Shown piece by piece: positions 1 through 13,400 of a DNA stretch of 64,000 bases. Source of the stretch: Phoronis australis (Eukaryota > Animalia > Phoronida). Made by a program: the position numbers and the translations under genes. The notes under the pieces were generated by a model. It was not told the origin of the DNA and did no database searches. It saw only the letters and a program-made list of their open reading frames with translations. The stretch's first letter is position 1, and the number at the start of each line of letters is the position of its first letter. The stretch spans positions 2,264,655-2,328,654 of the forward strand of contig NMRA01000002.1 in the NCBI GenBank assembly GCA_002633005.1. Direction: 5' to 3'.

Positions 1-1420
1 CCCAGTCGCCACACGTATGATTTCACAATTTATGATCTCAGTCCCCAACAGATCACCACAATTCGAAACCGTCGTCACGTAATTTTCAGTGTAAATTTGG
101 AGGGGCACCTGAGGCTAAGAGGTGAGCACCTATTTTGCGGGTTGTCCTAAGCAGTAGCCTAGTCAGCATAATAAATAATCTGGGTCCTGTTCCGTTAAAA
201 ACACACATAGCAGCTATTACTTACTCATTAGAACTGGGAAAATAAAATGACAAACGTCTGTTTTGTGTGTACTGTGTTGTCTTTCACCATCATCACCGGG
301 TTTGGTGTCATTTCGGAAACAAAGTCTGTTGGTAACAAGTGTTAATTTCACTCTGACAAAATATTTTGCATTAATAGAAATGGATGCTCTATAGTCACAA
401 GTTGCAAACAGTGCATTGTTATGCTTTCTCACACAAGTGTAACTGTGTGCCGTTCAGGTACAAATAGCAAAGACAGATATCCAGGAGGTAATGTCTTTCC
501 TGGATCACCACCACACGGCCAGTCAAGAAGACTTGATAGTGTTGCAAGATGAACATGTACATTGTACGTGGCTTTTTGTGTCTGTTGCACTAGACGCACA
601 AAACTCGTGGAGGCATGAGATGCTGGCTTTACCTAAGTAACTAGGCATTATAGTTCAACCAGAGTACATGTAAAACATCTAATAACCACTAAAAAGACGG
701 CTGACAGAACACTTGAGGAAAATTTAGCTATTTCAGTCTTTCGATCTCCTGTTCTCTGATTTCGAACTTTGTGGTATTTTGTTTCAGTTGGTGGTTTTAT
801 TTCATGTTATTGTCGGAATCATACACGCCATATCAACACCGTTTCACTATTCTTATCGCACAATTTCTTGAGATATATACTAAATTAAGTTTTACTCGAC
901 AAAGCGTTGCTTAGGGTAAAATGGCGGCTTGAAAACGCCGGCGAAGGTGTATTAAAATTCTGCGTTCTGATTGGTCAGTTAAACCGTCAGTCATAATCCT
1001 GGCGATAGGGCAATTTCCAAGGCTTTGCAAATCTTAGTGTGCAGCAAGCGCTTACCTGCAGGTCAACGCAACACGTGTCACCACGAAGCAATGGTTTTCC
1101 AAGGTGCAACAAAAAATAAAATCAATACAATTGAACACGTCATCACGTCAGATCGAGTGTCACTGGACTCTGGTGTGGTGGAACATGGTATTCGTGCTAT
1201 ATCAGTTTTTGTCTGCGACTTCTATCGAATTTGGTATTTGTGTGGCTGACTCAAAAAAGTTTGCAATATCCACATAAATCGCCAGCGAGAAAGGCTCGTG
1301 GAGTTATGCATACTTGTCTATTGGCTCTAGGAAATTGCTTGTAGACGCAGAAGACTATTGTAAAGTAAACTTTATTGAATTCAGATCATTGACCTGAATT
1401 CAATTTTACATAATAATTAA

Positions 1421-1500
1421 AATAACAATAACAATGACAATAACAATAACAACAATAATAATAACAACAATGGCAATAAACACAAAAGTAATAATAATTA
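1421..1500. repeat. Imperfect (AAT/AAC)n microsatellite; paralogous tract at 23870-23922
   Basis: Visible trinucleotide runs. Confidence 0.8.
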
Positions 1501-2258
1501 CCCTGAAGATTACCAATACTATACAAATACACGGCTTGGACTAGGTTACAATGTAAAAACAATAATTCCTTTTTAAGAATGAAGACAAATGTTTTGAGTT
1601 CGACTAGTTTGTGAATAATGCAAGCTTCACACTCTGACGGTAGAAAATTTCTCCTCAGATTAGCAAGTACAAAGCATACAAAAGGAAGGTGAAGGTCTGT
1701 TTCAACTTCTCTTGCAATATAAATCTGGTGTAAGCATTCTTTTCCTGTGGAGTTATTTCTTCTACCAACTTTCTGTATTCAACTTGTGAGTGTTGCCCGT
1801 GAAATGTGTAAGGATAAATTTAAATGACGGATGTAGCTTGGCAGATAAGTGCAGTTGACAACAGAGGTCGCTCTTAATGTTATAAAAATAGACTTTTCAC
1901 AAATTTTGCATATCAGTTATCCATTTTTGCAACTGTACATCTCTCAATCTTTCTTCAGATTTACTAAGAGATGAATGGTCGTTTTCAACACCCTGGAACA
2001 ACCAAACAGAACCAAATCCAGTTTCAATCTTTAAGGTTTTCACTATTGAACACCTGCTTGTTTCACCTTCACACCGAGGAATAAATGGAAACGTTTGAGA
2101 ATGGACAGAAACACATCATAGGCATTCACATGCGAATGACACAGAGCAATCTGTGCCCATAAATTGAGGTTAGGGGCATGTGCCAGTATCTGAAAGGAGT
2201 AAAACTTCTTTTTAGCGAAAACAATATTTCGAATGCGGCGCACGGCCTAAAGCTACTG

Positions 2259-2542
2259 TATCGTTGACCAAATGGTTGAACATTACGCTGATAATTTACG
2301 TGCGTGAATTTATTAATTCTTGTGAGGGGCGGAAAGTAATTACATTGCACATGTATTTGCGGCGTAGGGATTATTTGCAGCGCAAAGTAACTTTTAATGG
2401 AGTAAGGTAAATACTTTACGCAAATAATTACGTTACACGCCAAATACAATGTAATTATTTTACACCACTAACAAGAGTTAACTTACGCACGTACTGTAAC
2501 TTAATGGCGTAACGTTCACCTACATCTATTTGGTCAACGATA
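2259..2542. mobile_element. MITE with 15-bp terminal inverted repeats (copy A)
   Basis: tatcgttgaccaaat ... atttggtcaacgata is a perfect inverted repeat. Same site as the element at 24665-25110. Confidence 0.7.
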
Positions 2543-2915
2543 TAAAACGCGTGTAGGGTGCAAGTAAATGTCTACAAACTGCTATTTTGTTTACCCAGTG
2601 TAGTGTTGTTGGTAGCAACCATTAATATTATGCATTTGATGCTATATTTAACTTAACATTACCTTTTACTGACTGATAAAAGTGTTTTATTGCGTTCAAT
2701 GTCTTTTATTTGCGAATAAATTATTTTAAAAATGCAGCGAACGTTTTGAGCATGAATCTCCGACTTGCACAAGCGCACTCTGAGATAAGGTCGTCTTAAC
2801 GAATAAATTCATCTAAATTAGCACCATAACATACATGTACAACATGAAACATAGCTGTGCATTTGTTTAGTAAAGTTGTGTTATACAGTATATGTCGATA
2901 ATATACCAGGTTATC

Positions 2916-3488
2916 AAATTTCAGCGCACACGGATTGTCGTTTAACTAAAGCGAAATACCCAAGGATTACGCTGTGACTTAAAAACAACAAAAATACTCA
3001 TGTTTCAGTATAAAATCTCGTCACAATTGGCGAAATGTGTTTACCTAATTCTAATAAATCTGTACCAACCTAAATATGTTTTTATTTTTTACCAATATCA
3101 CTTATTACCGGTTAATTTTTTATCGCAAGTCTTGTTGTTTGCTCCTACTGCATCACTAACAATGTCCACAAACACTGTAAACTGAAATATATTCGTAAAA
3201 NCAAATTTCAGCGCACACGGATTGTCGTTTAACTAAAGCGAAATACCCAAGGATTACGCTGTGACTTAAAAACAACAAAAATACTCATGTTTCAGTATAA
3301 AATCTCGTCACAATTGGCGAAATGTGTTTACCTAATTCTAATAAATCTGTACCAACCTAAACATGTTTTTATTTTTTACCAATATCACTTATTACCGGTT
3401 AATTTTTTATCGCAAGTCTTGTTGTTTGCTCCTACTGCATCACTAACAATGTCCACAAACACTGTAAACTGAAATATATTCGTAAAAA
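2916..3488. other. Near-identical 285-bp duplication across a single n at 3201 (assembly overlap)
   Basis: 2916-3200 matches 3202-3488 with about one mismatch, and the junction is an n. Confidence 0.85.
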
Positions 3489-3525
3489 TTCGCCAAAAAC
3501 AAAGTTTAACGAGGAGATGTCTTAC

Positions 3526-3668
3526 CTGTGTTCTGGAACAGCGGCGGTAAACACAGACCCGAGCATGTGTAACGCGCATAGTATGGATGGTATGCAGAGC
3601 AGGAAATAAGTCCTCAACTGATATTTACCAAATTTCCCTAAGTGTAAAAGTATTTCATCGAAATGCAT
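3526..3668 (-). CDS. First coding exon of a second, tandem SLC22 paralog (remainder lies left of the window)
   Basis: ATG at 3668, [47 protein letters not shown] followed by AG|gtaag. Same 143-nt length and phase as exon 25829-25971. Confidence 0.9.
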
Positions 3669-4836
3669 TTTCGCTCAGCGAACCTCGCCTCGTGGAAAGC
3701 TCTGTCTTAACAGTCCGTTCTCGAGATTGATCGTGAGTGAGTCAAAATAACCGAACGAAATGTTTGCACTTACAGTTTTTGTCAGGGTTCCGGGGGAATC
3801 TTGCACATGAATACATGTAGTTTCATATACACTGTGTGGGGCGTGTAGATCGGATGGGTGACATCTCACGGCCAAGCTAACTTCCTGCAAAAGTTTGCCT
3901 TTATCGACCAAATTGTCTCCATAGGGTCAAATTTTGGGTGCAACTCTATACAAAGGATCAAACCTCGTCAGATATAAAAAGTACCCCTTGGGTTCGGTTG
4001 CTATCGTGACCCTGAGGACAAGCTGTCTACGACTGACGGTCATTCTTCACTACATGAGTGGCTTATCATTTTTGGAGCATCTGAACCGACCAAATATTTG
4101 TTTTGCTGTACTTAATTTCAAAAGTCTCCATCGGGTTATGTATTCGGACTGGGACACCAGTGTTCAGTTTCATTGGGTTAGATATGTGCTGTTTTAAGTG
4201 GTAAAATAACAAGTAAACATTGTATAAGCGACCACAAGTCATGCGATTCGTGCACATAGTTAGCGTTTAGGGCTTTGCGATGAACACATTTCTTCCAAAA
4301 TATCTGTGAAGTTAATGATGCGATACTTCTTGGAGGCAATCAAAATCGCGGTCCGTAAGATTACGATAGTTCAATTATCAAATGCACTTAAACCCTGTAT
4401 GAATATCAAAAATTAAGCTATGTCACTAATTGTACTTAACGTCTTCGATACCTAATTCAACGACTAATCTAAGCTTCATTCCAGTCATTGATATCGGGGA
4501 TAAACATTTATTTCTGGTATGATTAGTACTGTTTGTTTAACATAAGAATGATACTTAAAATAAAAGATACAAAAAATATTTGTAAATTCCTCCCTTCATA
4601 TGTTGAATCTGATTTAGCCTTTTATAGGAATAGAAATAAATTCACACGCCTTTTAGGCGTTTTTTCACTAACCACTTTCCTCCGTCGTAACTCTTCTACT
4701 TCTGTCGATGACTCAGTTACACTTTTGGTAATTTCCGTTATCAGTCGAGCTCTATTGAGCATTTTGAAGTTACCGCCATTGACGTAACATTCGACATTAA
4801 TTCATAGTACTTGTGAATCGAGTCTGAAGTATACAT

Positions 4837-5003
4837 ATAGGTTATCCCACATACATAGGAATACCACTAACACGTCCTATCGAGAAATCATTTCATCTGG
4901 GAATGTCTCAACGAGACCGAATGTTGAGCTGAGACATTCCCAAATGAAATGAATTCGAGATACGATATCGCGGTAGTATACCTATGTATTTGGGATAACC
5001 TAT
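4837..5003. mobile_element. ~167-bp imperfect palindrome, resembling Crypton-type terminal hairpins, at the edge of a ~2.4-kb insertion
   Basis: ataggttatccca.atacatagg..atttcatctgggaatgtctca [acgagaccgaatgttgagc] tgagacattcccaaatgaaat..cctatgtatttgggataacctat. Absent at the paralogous site (~27510). Confidence 0.55.
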
Positions 5004-6559
5004 TTGTCTTATATATTTGAACTTATTTGCACCATCGTGGAAATATCTTGTTGCCACGTGTGCTTCGGCTTGTTGTTATATGACGTCATATGTATGCCAA
5101 TTACGGTACACAAGCCGGTTAAGCGACAAGAAAATGTGAAAGTGTTGAATAACCAGTAAATTTTACTTCATAATAAATTGATCCGAATTTTCAGTTTGTA
5201 AAATATACAACTTAAAGCACTGAACCATATTAAAACTTTGTCGTTAACATAGAAACAATCCATTAGGGAATATACATGACAGCGTTTTCCCGTTCAGTGA
5301 CTTTACAAGACGAAGGGGGTTCTGAGCGTGTGATAACATCTAACTTCTTTGTTAACTGTCAAGCACACTCTTTTGTCTGTTATGACAACAAGCAGGCCAA
5401 TTATCTACCAGGCTTATTACAGACCACGTGTGGACGCAGTCAAACCCCGAGAAAATTGGTACTTTCGGAAGGAATAGATTGTCGTAACTTCGGTTGTAGT
5501 TGGGCGATTTTGGCGATTCAAAAACTTAACATGATCACCATTTGACGAAGATTCCAGAAATGCTATTTCTTTATGGTCAAATATATTATAACTTTACTTT
5601 TATTTTTAACAGCACAGCCCAGTCAGGGTAGATACGATCTTAATAGATTAGAGCAATTATCTAACAAAAGAGAGCTGGCTCTCCAACCATATATGCCAGG
5701 CTGGAGTTAATCACTCGTGTAACATATTGGCTACATGGGTAAACTTCCCAACTTGTTGCTGGGCTATAGAATCGAACAAGTTGGGAGCCGCAACGGGAAA
5801 ACGCCGTGATGAAAATTGAAACATTCCTTGAACCGAGTTCAGTCTGCAACAGTGTGTCACGGTCGTTTTAGCTCCGATGAATTTATCGGTCTATTTTCGT
5901 GTCTTATCTTCTGGACTCTAAATAGTAATAGAAACATTTCCCCGTGTTGACGATAGCATTGGAAAATAATGGTGGAAACTGCTGCTTTGCTGAACTTAAG
6001 GTGTAAGAACTGTATCGCAAAAAAGCAGATTTTTGCTTCAGTAAAAACACAACACACCCGTTATTACTTTTGATTTCCTGTACAGACCTTAGCTTTCAAT
6101 GTAGATATATTGTGTACATCCATGGAAAAACGTTTTCGTTGGATTTGAATTAGATTTTGGCTGATTTTGGTGGCCGGGGACGCTGCTTAGCTTGACTTAT
6201 TTACATGTATGGTGAGCCAGTTTGAAACTTCAGCCTGATCGCCGTGTGTCAGAATGTTAATCGGAAAATCTTTTCTGTTTTTAGAGCAGTAAAACTTGTT
6301 TTTCAAGAACGACACCTTAATTAATGATTTATGTAACCCAAACTAACAAACTCAATCGAAGTTGGCTTTGCACTCGCAAATTGCCTCCACCAGGAGACTG
6401 CTCACCAACCATATGAAATACGGCTTCTCCCGTTGAATACGGTCTCTACCGTGGTATACGTATTGGTTCTACTTTCCCGTATTTAACGTGACGTATACAA
6501 TATCCATATTTTCATATAATAATATTGGATAAAAACTGTAAATAATGTCGTAATCCGAC

Positions 6560-7250
6560 GAAAGTTTATACATTGATCCTATACGCGTTGAATCTGTCGA
6601 GGGAAATACGACCATGTAATAAAGTTTTCCCTATTCACTTCCCGCACTACTTCAACAGTGACCTCTGACATGGAAAGTTCAAAACGTAGGTCAATGTCAA
6701 CTCAACTTCTTTAGCCGGTTCGATCCCAAAACTTTCGGAAAATAGTTTAAAGTAATACAATTATAGCAGTGTAAATAACGCTCAACATACAATCAGGTCT
6801 CAATCGTAACATCTGGAACAGGACTGATAATTATATGGCAGTTCTGTCTCAGTTTTAATTTGCTAAAATATTTTATCGTCTGCAACTCAGGCGCCGATTC
6901 CTCGGTATCTACAATGTCAAATATTGTTGTTATTTAACTATTTTCATGAGATGTTACAAGTTCAAAGTTACCATTGGTGTCATCTTTGTTATCTCTTTTC
7001 AACTAATAAATAAATGTACAACTGTTTTTACTGGAGAAAATTAGCAGCCTAACACGCAAGTGCATACATGTACATATAGGTTGTAATCCGCCTCGTGAGT
7101 GAAGTATTTAAAAATCTTCGGAAAAATGAAAGAAACTTAGGAATTCGAAGCGTATGGGACAAATACAAAACGTACTTCGATTGGCGTACATGAAGTAATA
7201 TCCCACTCGACCTTATTCCGCTTATCGATAGGTGAAATAATGTCTCACGG
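6560..7250. repeat. Interspersed non-autonomous repeat with subterminal inverted repeats; second copy at ~17060-17760
   Basis: Shared core ctgacatgga(a)agtt..aaa.gtaggtcaa..aatagttta at 6665 and 17182. Inverted ends tatcc(c)atacgcg.cgaa / ttcgaagcg.a.ggga.aaat. Confidence 0.65.
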
Positions 7251-8309
7251 TATATTACGGCATGTACGCCACTCTCGTACTTACGTTTTGTGTATATATT
7301 TGCAAGCATAATAGGCAGAGACTACGATTTATTGCATTAATAAACTCGCTGAATCATTTCATGCAATCGGCTTTGCAGTATTTTTTACACCTTTAAAATC
7401 CCAGAACCGGGGATCCAGGTCTCTGCGATATGCCTAACACGCATTCATATCAACCACCAGACATCAGTTATGGAAACCAGAAACACCGCGATAGTCGATA
7501 GTAATGAGTGATCGGTCTTCGGTAAGACCGGCCCAGTGAGTACGATTATAAAAAATCCTTCCCTTGAGTCAGTTTTCGATAGCATAAATAAAAGCTCACA
7601 GTTTTGCAAACTTGATTTGTACAAGGAAAGAAACAATGAGACAGAGTCATAGTTCTATTTCGCAATGTGAAAGTTGCTCATAGTAGCAACATAAAATCAT
7701 GGTTAAATCTCACACCAGTTCTGTCATTTCTTGACCTATCTCCCAGTGCCATTCTTTCAATGTTTTTTTTCTGTGCCCTATCTGTTCTTTATTTCATTTT
7801 GACCATGTCCACGTTGAACCAGCTCTTCTCGATAAAGCCGCGTTGATCTAGTTCAGCTAAATGACATATAAACTTCGCCCATACATGTAGTTAATCGCGT
7901 GATTAAGAGCATTCGGGCAGAGTTGATTAGGCCAGTAGTACTGAACAGTTGTTATTAAATTTCTGCAATCTCCAAATTCATCATGTTGAAATTATGAATA
8001 CCGTACAAGAGTAACTGGGAAGATTACTAGCGGTCACAGTCAAGAAACTCCTGAACGTTCTGATGTGTTGCTGAATGTCCACTTTCCAATCACCGCCGTG
8101 CGTTAATACCGATTTGGGGTTTATTTCAATTTTTGAACATAGCTTCCGAAGGGAACCGGGTCTAGAATCTCGACCAGTTGGTTGAGCCTGTGACATGGTG
8201 CTCAACATTACTTAGTTGATCAAGAATGTTACCAATTTCTGGTGTTGAGCTAACCGGTGCCAATAGTTCTTTATACACTACGAAACTGACGTTTTGTCCT
8301 TTCTTTGGT

Positions 8310-8448
8310 CTACATTATGTTTTCGTCCTCCGCAGACATATCCAAAGCAGAATTAGTGTAAGCGTTATGATCTGGGTCACGTGCCGTGTCACTGGGTACA
8401 AGACATATGTCTTTTCTCTCTCCTTTCAGAGACGCACTCTTGTCAACT
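8310..8448 (-). other. Duplicate of the SLC22 terminal exon, inside a ~1.5-kb duplicated block (7064-8539 ~ 9199-10665), probably the alternate haplotype
   Basis: Same ttttgcag acceptor and 139-nt exon, ending DENIM* versus DENRM*. The block ends at the N gap 8540-8681. Confidence 0.75.
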
Positions 8449-8681
8449 CTGCAAAATGAATGATACAACACCATGCCAGTTTCGTAATCCAGGGTAATAA
8501 ATTTCAAATTGTAAACCCTTATGCTGCTAACAAAAACACNNNNNNNNNNNNNNNNNNNNNNNNNNNNNNNNNNNNNNNNNNNNNNNNNNNNNNNNNNNNN
8601 NNNNNNNNNNNNNNNNNNNNNNNNNNNNNNNNNNNNNNNNNNNNNNNNNNNNNNNNNNNNNNNNNNNNNNNNNNNNNNNNN

Positions 8682-9104
8682 GCTTTGTACGTTGCGTGGA
8701 CGGGTAACGCTGCGTTCTTCACACGAACGAGCCAAGTACGGCGAAGTGCGTCATCCATCGGAAAGCGATGCAAAGGTACTCCCAAAGCGCGCGTGAGCCG
8801 ATAATTAGTATATCCTGGTACGCAGCAACAGTGTTGCATATTGACTGACTAGTAAATGAAAGCAAACGACGACGGAAATTAACACAACCGAGGTAGAACA
8901 ATGACTGACTCGGCAGCTCTCACAGTCAAACTATATGAAAAGAAATTGGCGCGAAATGCTTGCCTCCTAAAACGTCACTCCTGGACGAGCGGACGAGTAA
9001 TTAATAAAATTACGAAAAGCCGTACTTAAGTGGAAAATATGTCTAGGATAATCTACCAACCTTATTTTAGCTCAAAATGACATGGAAAAAGGTTGCCTTC
9101 GCCT
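8682..9104 (-). mobile_element. 5' end of a Kolobok-like DNA transposon with a degenerate THAP domain (ORF 8682-8839)
   Basis: MQHCCCVPGYTNYRLTRALGVPLHRFPMDDALRRTWLVRVK fits the THAP pattern (CxVPGC mutated to CCVPGY, LHRFP, W). The terminus reads TTAA-AGGCGAAGGCAACC on the minus strand. TTAA target sites, AGG ends and THAP transposases are Kolobok traits. Confidence 0.65.
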
Positions 9105-10435
9105 TTAAAAGTCGGGGATGGGCGCTTAACCGAGAGGTGGGCGGTTAAATCGAAAATCCACTTAAAGTCGGGGATGGGCGTTAACCCGAACGATTACGGT
9201 ACATGTACATATAGGTTTTGATCCGCCTCGAGAGTGAAGTATTTAAAAATCTGCTGTAAAAATGAAAGAAACTTAGGAAATCGAAGCGTATGGGATAAAT
9301 ACGAAACGTACTTCGATTGGCCTACATGAAGTAATATCCCACTCGACCTTATTCCGCTTATCGATACGCGAAATAATGTCTCACGGTATATTACGGCATG
9401 TACGCCACTCTGGTACTTACGTTTTGTGTATATATTTGTAAGCATAATAGGCAGAGGCTACGATTTATTGCATCAGTAAACTCGCTGAATCATTGCATGC
9501 ATTCGGCTTTGCAGTATTTTTAACACCTTTAAAATCCCAGAACCGGGGATCCAGGTCTCTACGATAAGCCAAACACGGATTCATATCAACCACCAGACAT
9601 TAGTTATGGAAACCAGAAACAACGCGATGGTCGATAGTAATGAGTGATACTTCGGTCTTCGTTAAGACCGACCGGCCCAGTGAGTGCGATTATAAAAAAT
9701 CCGTCCCTCGAGTCAGTTTTCGATAGCATAAATAAAAGCTCACAGTCTTGCAAACTTGATTTGTACAGGGAAGGAAACAATCGAGACAGAGTTATAGTTC
9801 TATTTCGCAATGTGAAAGTTGTTTATAGTAGCAACATAAAATCATGGTTAAATCTCACACCAGCTCTGTCATTTCTTGACCTATCTCCCAGCGCCATTCT
9901 CTCAAAGTTATTTTCTGTGCCCTATCTGTTCTTTATTTCATTTTGACCATGTCCACGTTGAACCAGCCCTTCTCGGTAAAGCCGCGTTGATCTAGTTCAG
10001 CTAAATGACACATAGTTAATCGCGTGATTAAGAGCATTCGGGCAGAGTTGATTAGGCCAGTAGTACTGAACAGTTGTCACTAAATTTCTGCAATCTCCAA
10101 ATTCATCATGTTGAAATTATGAATACCGTACTAGAGTAACTGGGAAGATTACTAGCGGTCACAGTCAAGAAACTCCTGAACCTTCTGATGTGTTGCAAGA
10201 ATGTCCACTTTCCAATCACCACCGTGCGTTAATACCGATTTGGGGTTTATTTCAATTTTTGAACATAGCTTCCGAAGGGAATCGGGTCTAGAATCTCGAC
10301 CAGTTGGTTGAGCCTGTGACATGGTGCTCAACATTACTTAGTTGATCAAGAATGATACCAATTTCTAGTGTTGCGCTAACCGGTGCCAATAGTTCTTTAT
10401 ACACTACGAAACTGACGTTTTGTCCTTTCTTTGGT

Positions 10436-13400
10436 CTACATTCTGTTTTCGTCCTCCGCAGACATATCCAAAGCAGAATTAGTGTAAGCGTTATGATCTG
10501 GGTCACGTGCCGTGTCACTGGGTACAAGACATATGTCTTTTCTCTCTCCTTTCAGAGACGCACTCTTGTCAACTCTGCAAAATGAATGATACAACACCAT
10601 GCCGGTTTCGTAATCCAGGGTAATAAATTTCAAATTGTAAACCCTTATGCTGCTAACAAAAACACGTCACACCGCTACTCATGTGTACGCTCTTCGAAAA
10701 GTATGCTCAGCAGGCAATGTATGCGAAATTGCATACGCTTTCGAATCTATCGTTCTGAGTTACCGTCGTTTTTTAAATATGTCGGACCTTTTCCGACTTC
10801 CCAATTTCGCGCACAAAAATGTCGTGGTGGAAGTGTACATGAGGCTTTTGTTGTCGCGGTAGAGCTTTTATATGGGAATATGTCGAATGCTTACCCCGTT
10901 AGTGTCGTGGTAGACATTTTTACGTGGCACTACACTCGTGTTAGAGCAGAGAACTGCTGATGAGGCAGATTCTGACTCCGAGCATTATACAGTACCTAGT
11001 GATTCCATTCAAAATACAATTACGTTTCTGGTAAACACATCAGATCGAGGATGCATTCAAATCAAGCTATCAATAAAAAGTTACGAAGATGCTTTACCTT
11101 CCAATTCCCTAACGAAATATATCATATAATAGTTCTGTACAAAAATACGTCTTCGTATACGTTAAGCAGCATTCGTCCTGTTTAGCTGGCTAAACACAAA
11201 TCGAGGTAGATCTTTTACTTTGTCATAAAAAAATCCTTACGACGATAGGTACGGTATCTCTGTCCGCTACCAACAAGGATATTGAAAGCATCAACGGCTC
11301 AAAATGCATCGGAGTTAAACAGCCTCGTCTCCAAGTCTGACGGTGATCGATTTACCCATATGAGGCTTGGTTAGGAGAAATTTACGTGGCGGAATTCTGG
11401 CTTATTTATTTGGAAATCGCCGGAATATCATGTCATATTAAGTTGTATCAACTCAGAAATTTGCCGTGGTATAATGTAAAAAATCAAAATTAGTGGTATC
11501 GATGCAACAATTTAGGTTTAGTAGTCACTGAATTCAAAAGCAGGATAACTTCTAGTGAGTTCAATAAAGCATAATTGAATATACGTAAGCGAGCACTTTT
11601 AAGTTCAAACAGTAACGAAAACAATGTCTTCTGCTTCCGAATCACGAATGGTACCAACAACAACACCTGTGAAAACAGTTAAACTCTGTCTTTGGATCTG
11701 ATTTAGTTTCTAGAAAAAATACTCAAATTTATTACATCAATGAAGTAAGGACAAGATTCTTCGAGAACTGGGCCCAGTTGCATAAAAGTTATACCTTGCT
11801 AGCGACAATGACGACGCATTGTTACGCGCCACGTTGTTATTGTTGAACAATGCACCTGACGTCGCGCAACATTCAAGTTTATCAGGCGCCTAATTTTGAA
11901 GTTTTGTGCAACCCAGCCCTTGTATTTAATAATTCAGATATTTAGGTGTTTGAAGGTTTCTTGTGTCGCTCTTGTCGGCTAAGGCCAATCAGCGAGCCCA
12001 AGGGATATCTTCTCACCAAGCCACAAATGACTAAACAGATCAGCGCCATTTTCAGGCTTCTGGACGAGGCTGCAGAGTTTCATAGGGATTGGCCAACCCT
12101 AACATTGCAAAAATGGCTGACTGTGCACTGTTTGTGAACTGAGTAGAAAGTCGACTCGTTCGACATCAGTTCCAAATCAACTGATCGTGGTTATGTTTTT
12201 ACTCCCCCAGATTGCTTTGGTTAAAAAACTCAACATTGACTACCAAACAACAGCAAAATGCTCCTTTAAATATTTTCTGACTCTCTGACTGAAAATGTGT
12301 TTCGAAAGGAAATTTTCTTTGCTACGAATAGTGGAGTATTGGTTTCTTAAGGAAAACTTTGTTGTGAATATTTTGTAAAATACACCTCGATAGACTTCGT
12401 CAACAATTACATCAGCATGCTTACTTTCCAAAGTTGTTTCCGTCCTCGATTGTTTCAGGCAACTCCTTTCCTGCCGTCTCAGGCAGAAACAGTGCCAGAA
12501 GTCCAGCGGCGATAGTCAACACCCCGAACACGATCTGCGGCAAAGCTACACCCATTGTACCCCCAGCAAGCCTGCCCTGGAATAAGTAAAAGAAATGTTT
12601 GGTACTTTGGTTTTCAAGGTGTTGCTTCCGACTCAGCTCTTAAGCATTTTAACCACACAATATGAAACCCTGAAAATTGTACTGGCCATTGACAGAAACA
12701 ATCAGCGGTTGCGTTTAGAGCGAAAAGAGAGGAAATTGTTGCAACCGGTGGCACAGAGTGAAAAAGGATAATCGTCACATGTCAATCAAGCTAACGATTT
12801 TAGCCAGTCAGAGCGCGCGAACATGTTAACATAGCGACAGTCCGCCATGTTTGTTTCACAAACATTGGTTAAGAAGGTGCCACTGAACAGTTAGGCTGTA
12901 GCTAGAGGGCAACACGGGGCGTGTGTGAAGTTTGGCGGGAAGTTTGAGGAATTTGTTGAAAAAAAATGCCAGGAAACTGAGTTACTTGTGTTTGTGAATG
13001 AGAAAAAAGCTAGCCGTGACCCACTTTCCATGCAAAATGGTGGCTGTCGCTTGCTTTCAACCTCTGTCGCCTGCTGACTCAGAAAACGGTTGCGATTTCA
13101 GGTGGATGTTAGACAGATCAAAATTGCGAAAAACGTAGCTAGTAAGAGGCGTACTGTGGCCCCATTTTTAGAATCTAGAGAGAACTACCATTTTGAATCT
13201 GTTGTCAAATTTTTCTAGCACCTGCAGGAAAGTAGTAAATTTGGGGAGAAAACTGTCAAATTTGATTTGTTTTTGGTCCTATTTTTGTGGCCCGGTACAT
13301 GTATTTTTTCCCCGATGTATATTAGCCGATTAAAAATCTGTAGCAGAATTAAGTTTCAGTTATCATGAGTAGTGCTTTTGAGTTGGGAACGCCAAAAAGT

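Larger units (their letters stand above)
1..7830. repeat. Tandem segmental duplication copy A, paralogous to ~22856-28100 (SLC22 intron 1, exon 1 and upstream region)
   Basis: Collinear similarity by eye: 1-200 with 22856-23060, 1020-3960 with 23360-26240, 3990-4830 with 26690-27510, 7300-7830 with 27550-28100. Differences are mostly substitutions and TE indels. Confidence 0.85.

Noticed and set aside
11600-11712. Alternative SLC22 terminal exon
   Set aside because: Candidate acceptors give stops within 2-8 codons. Exon 10436-10574 fits the phase and gives a plausible tail.
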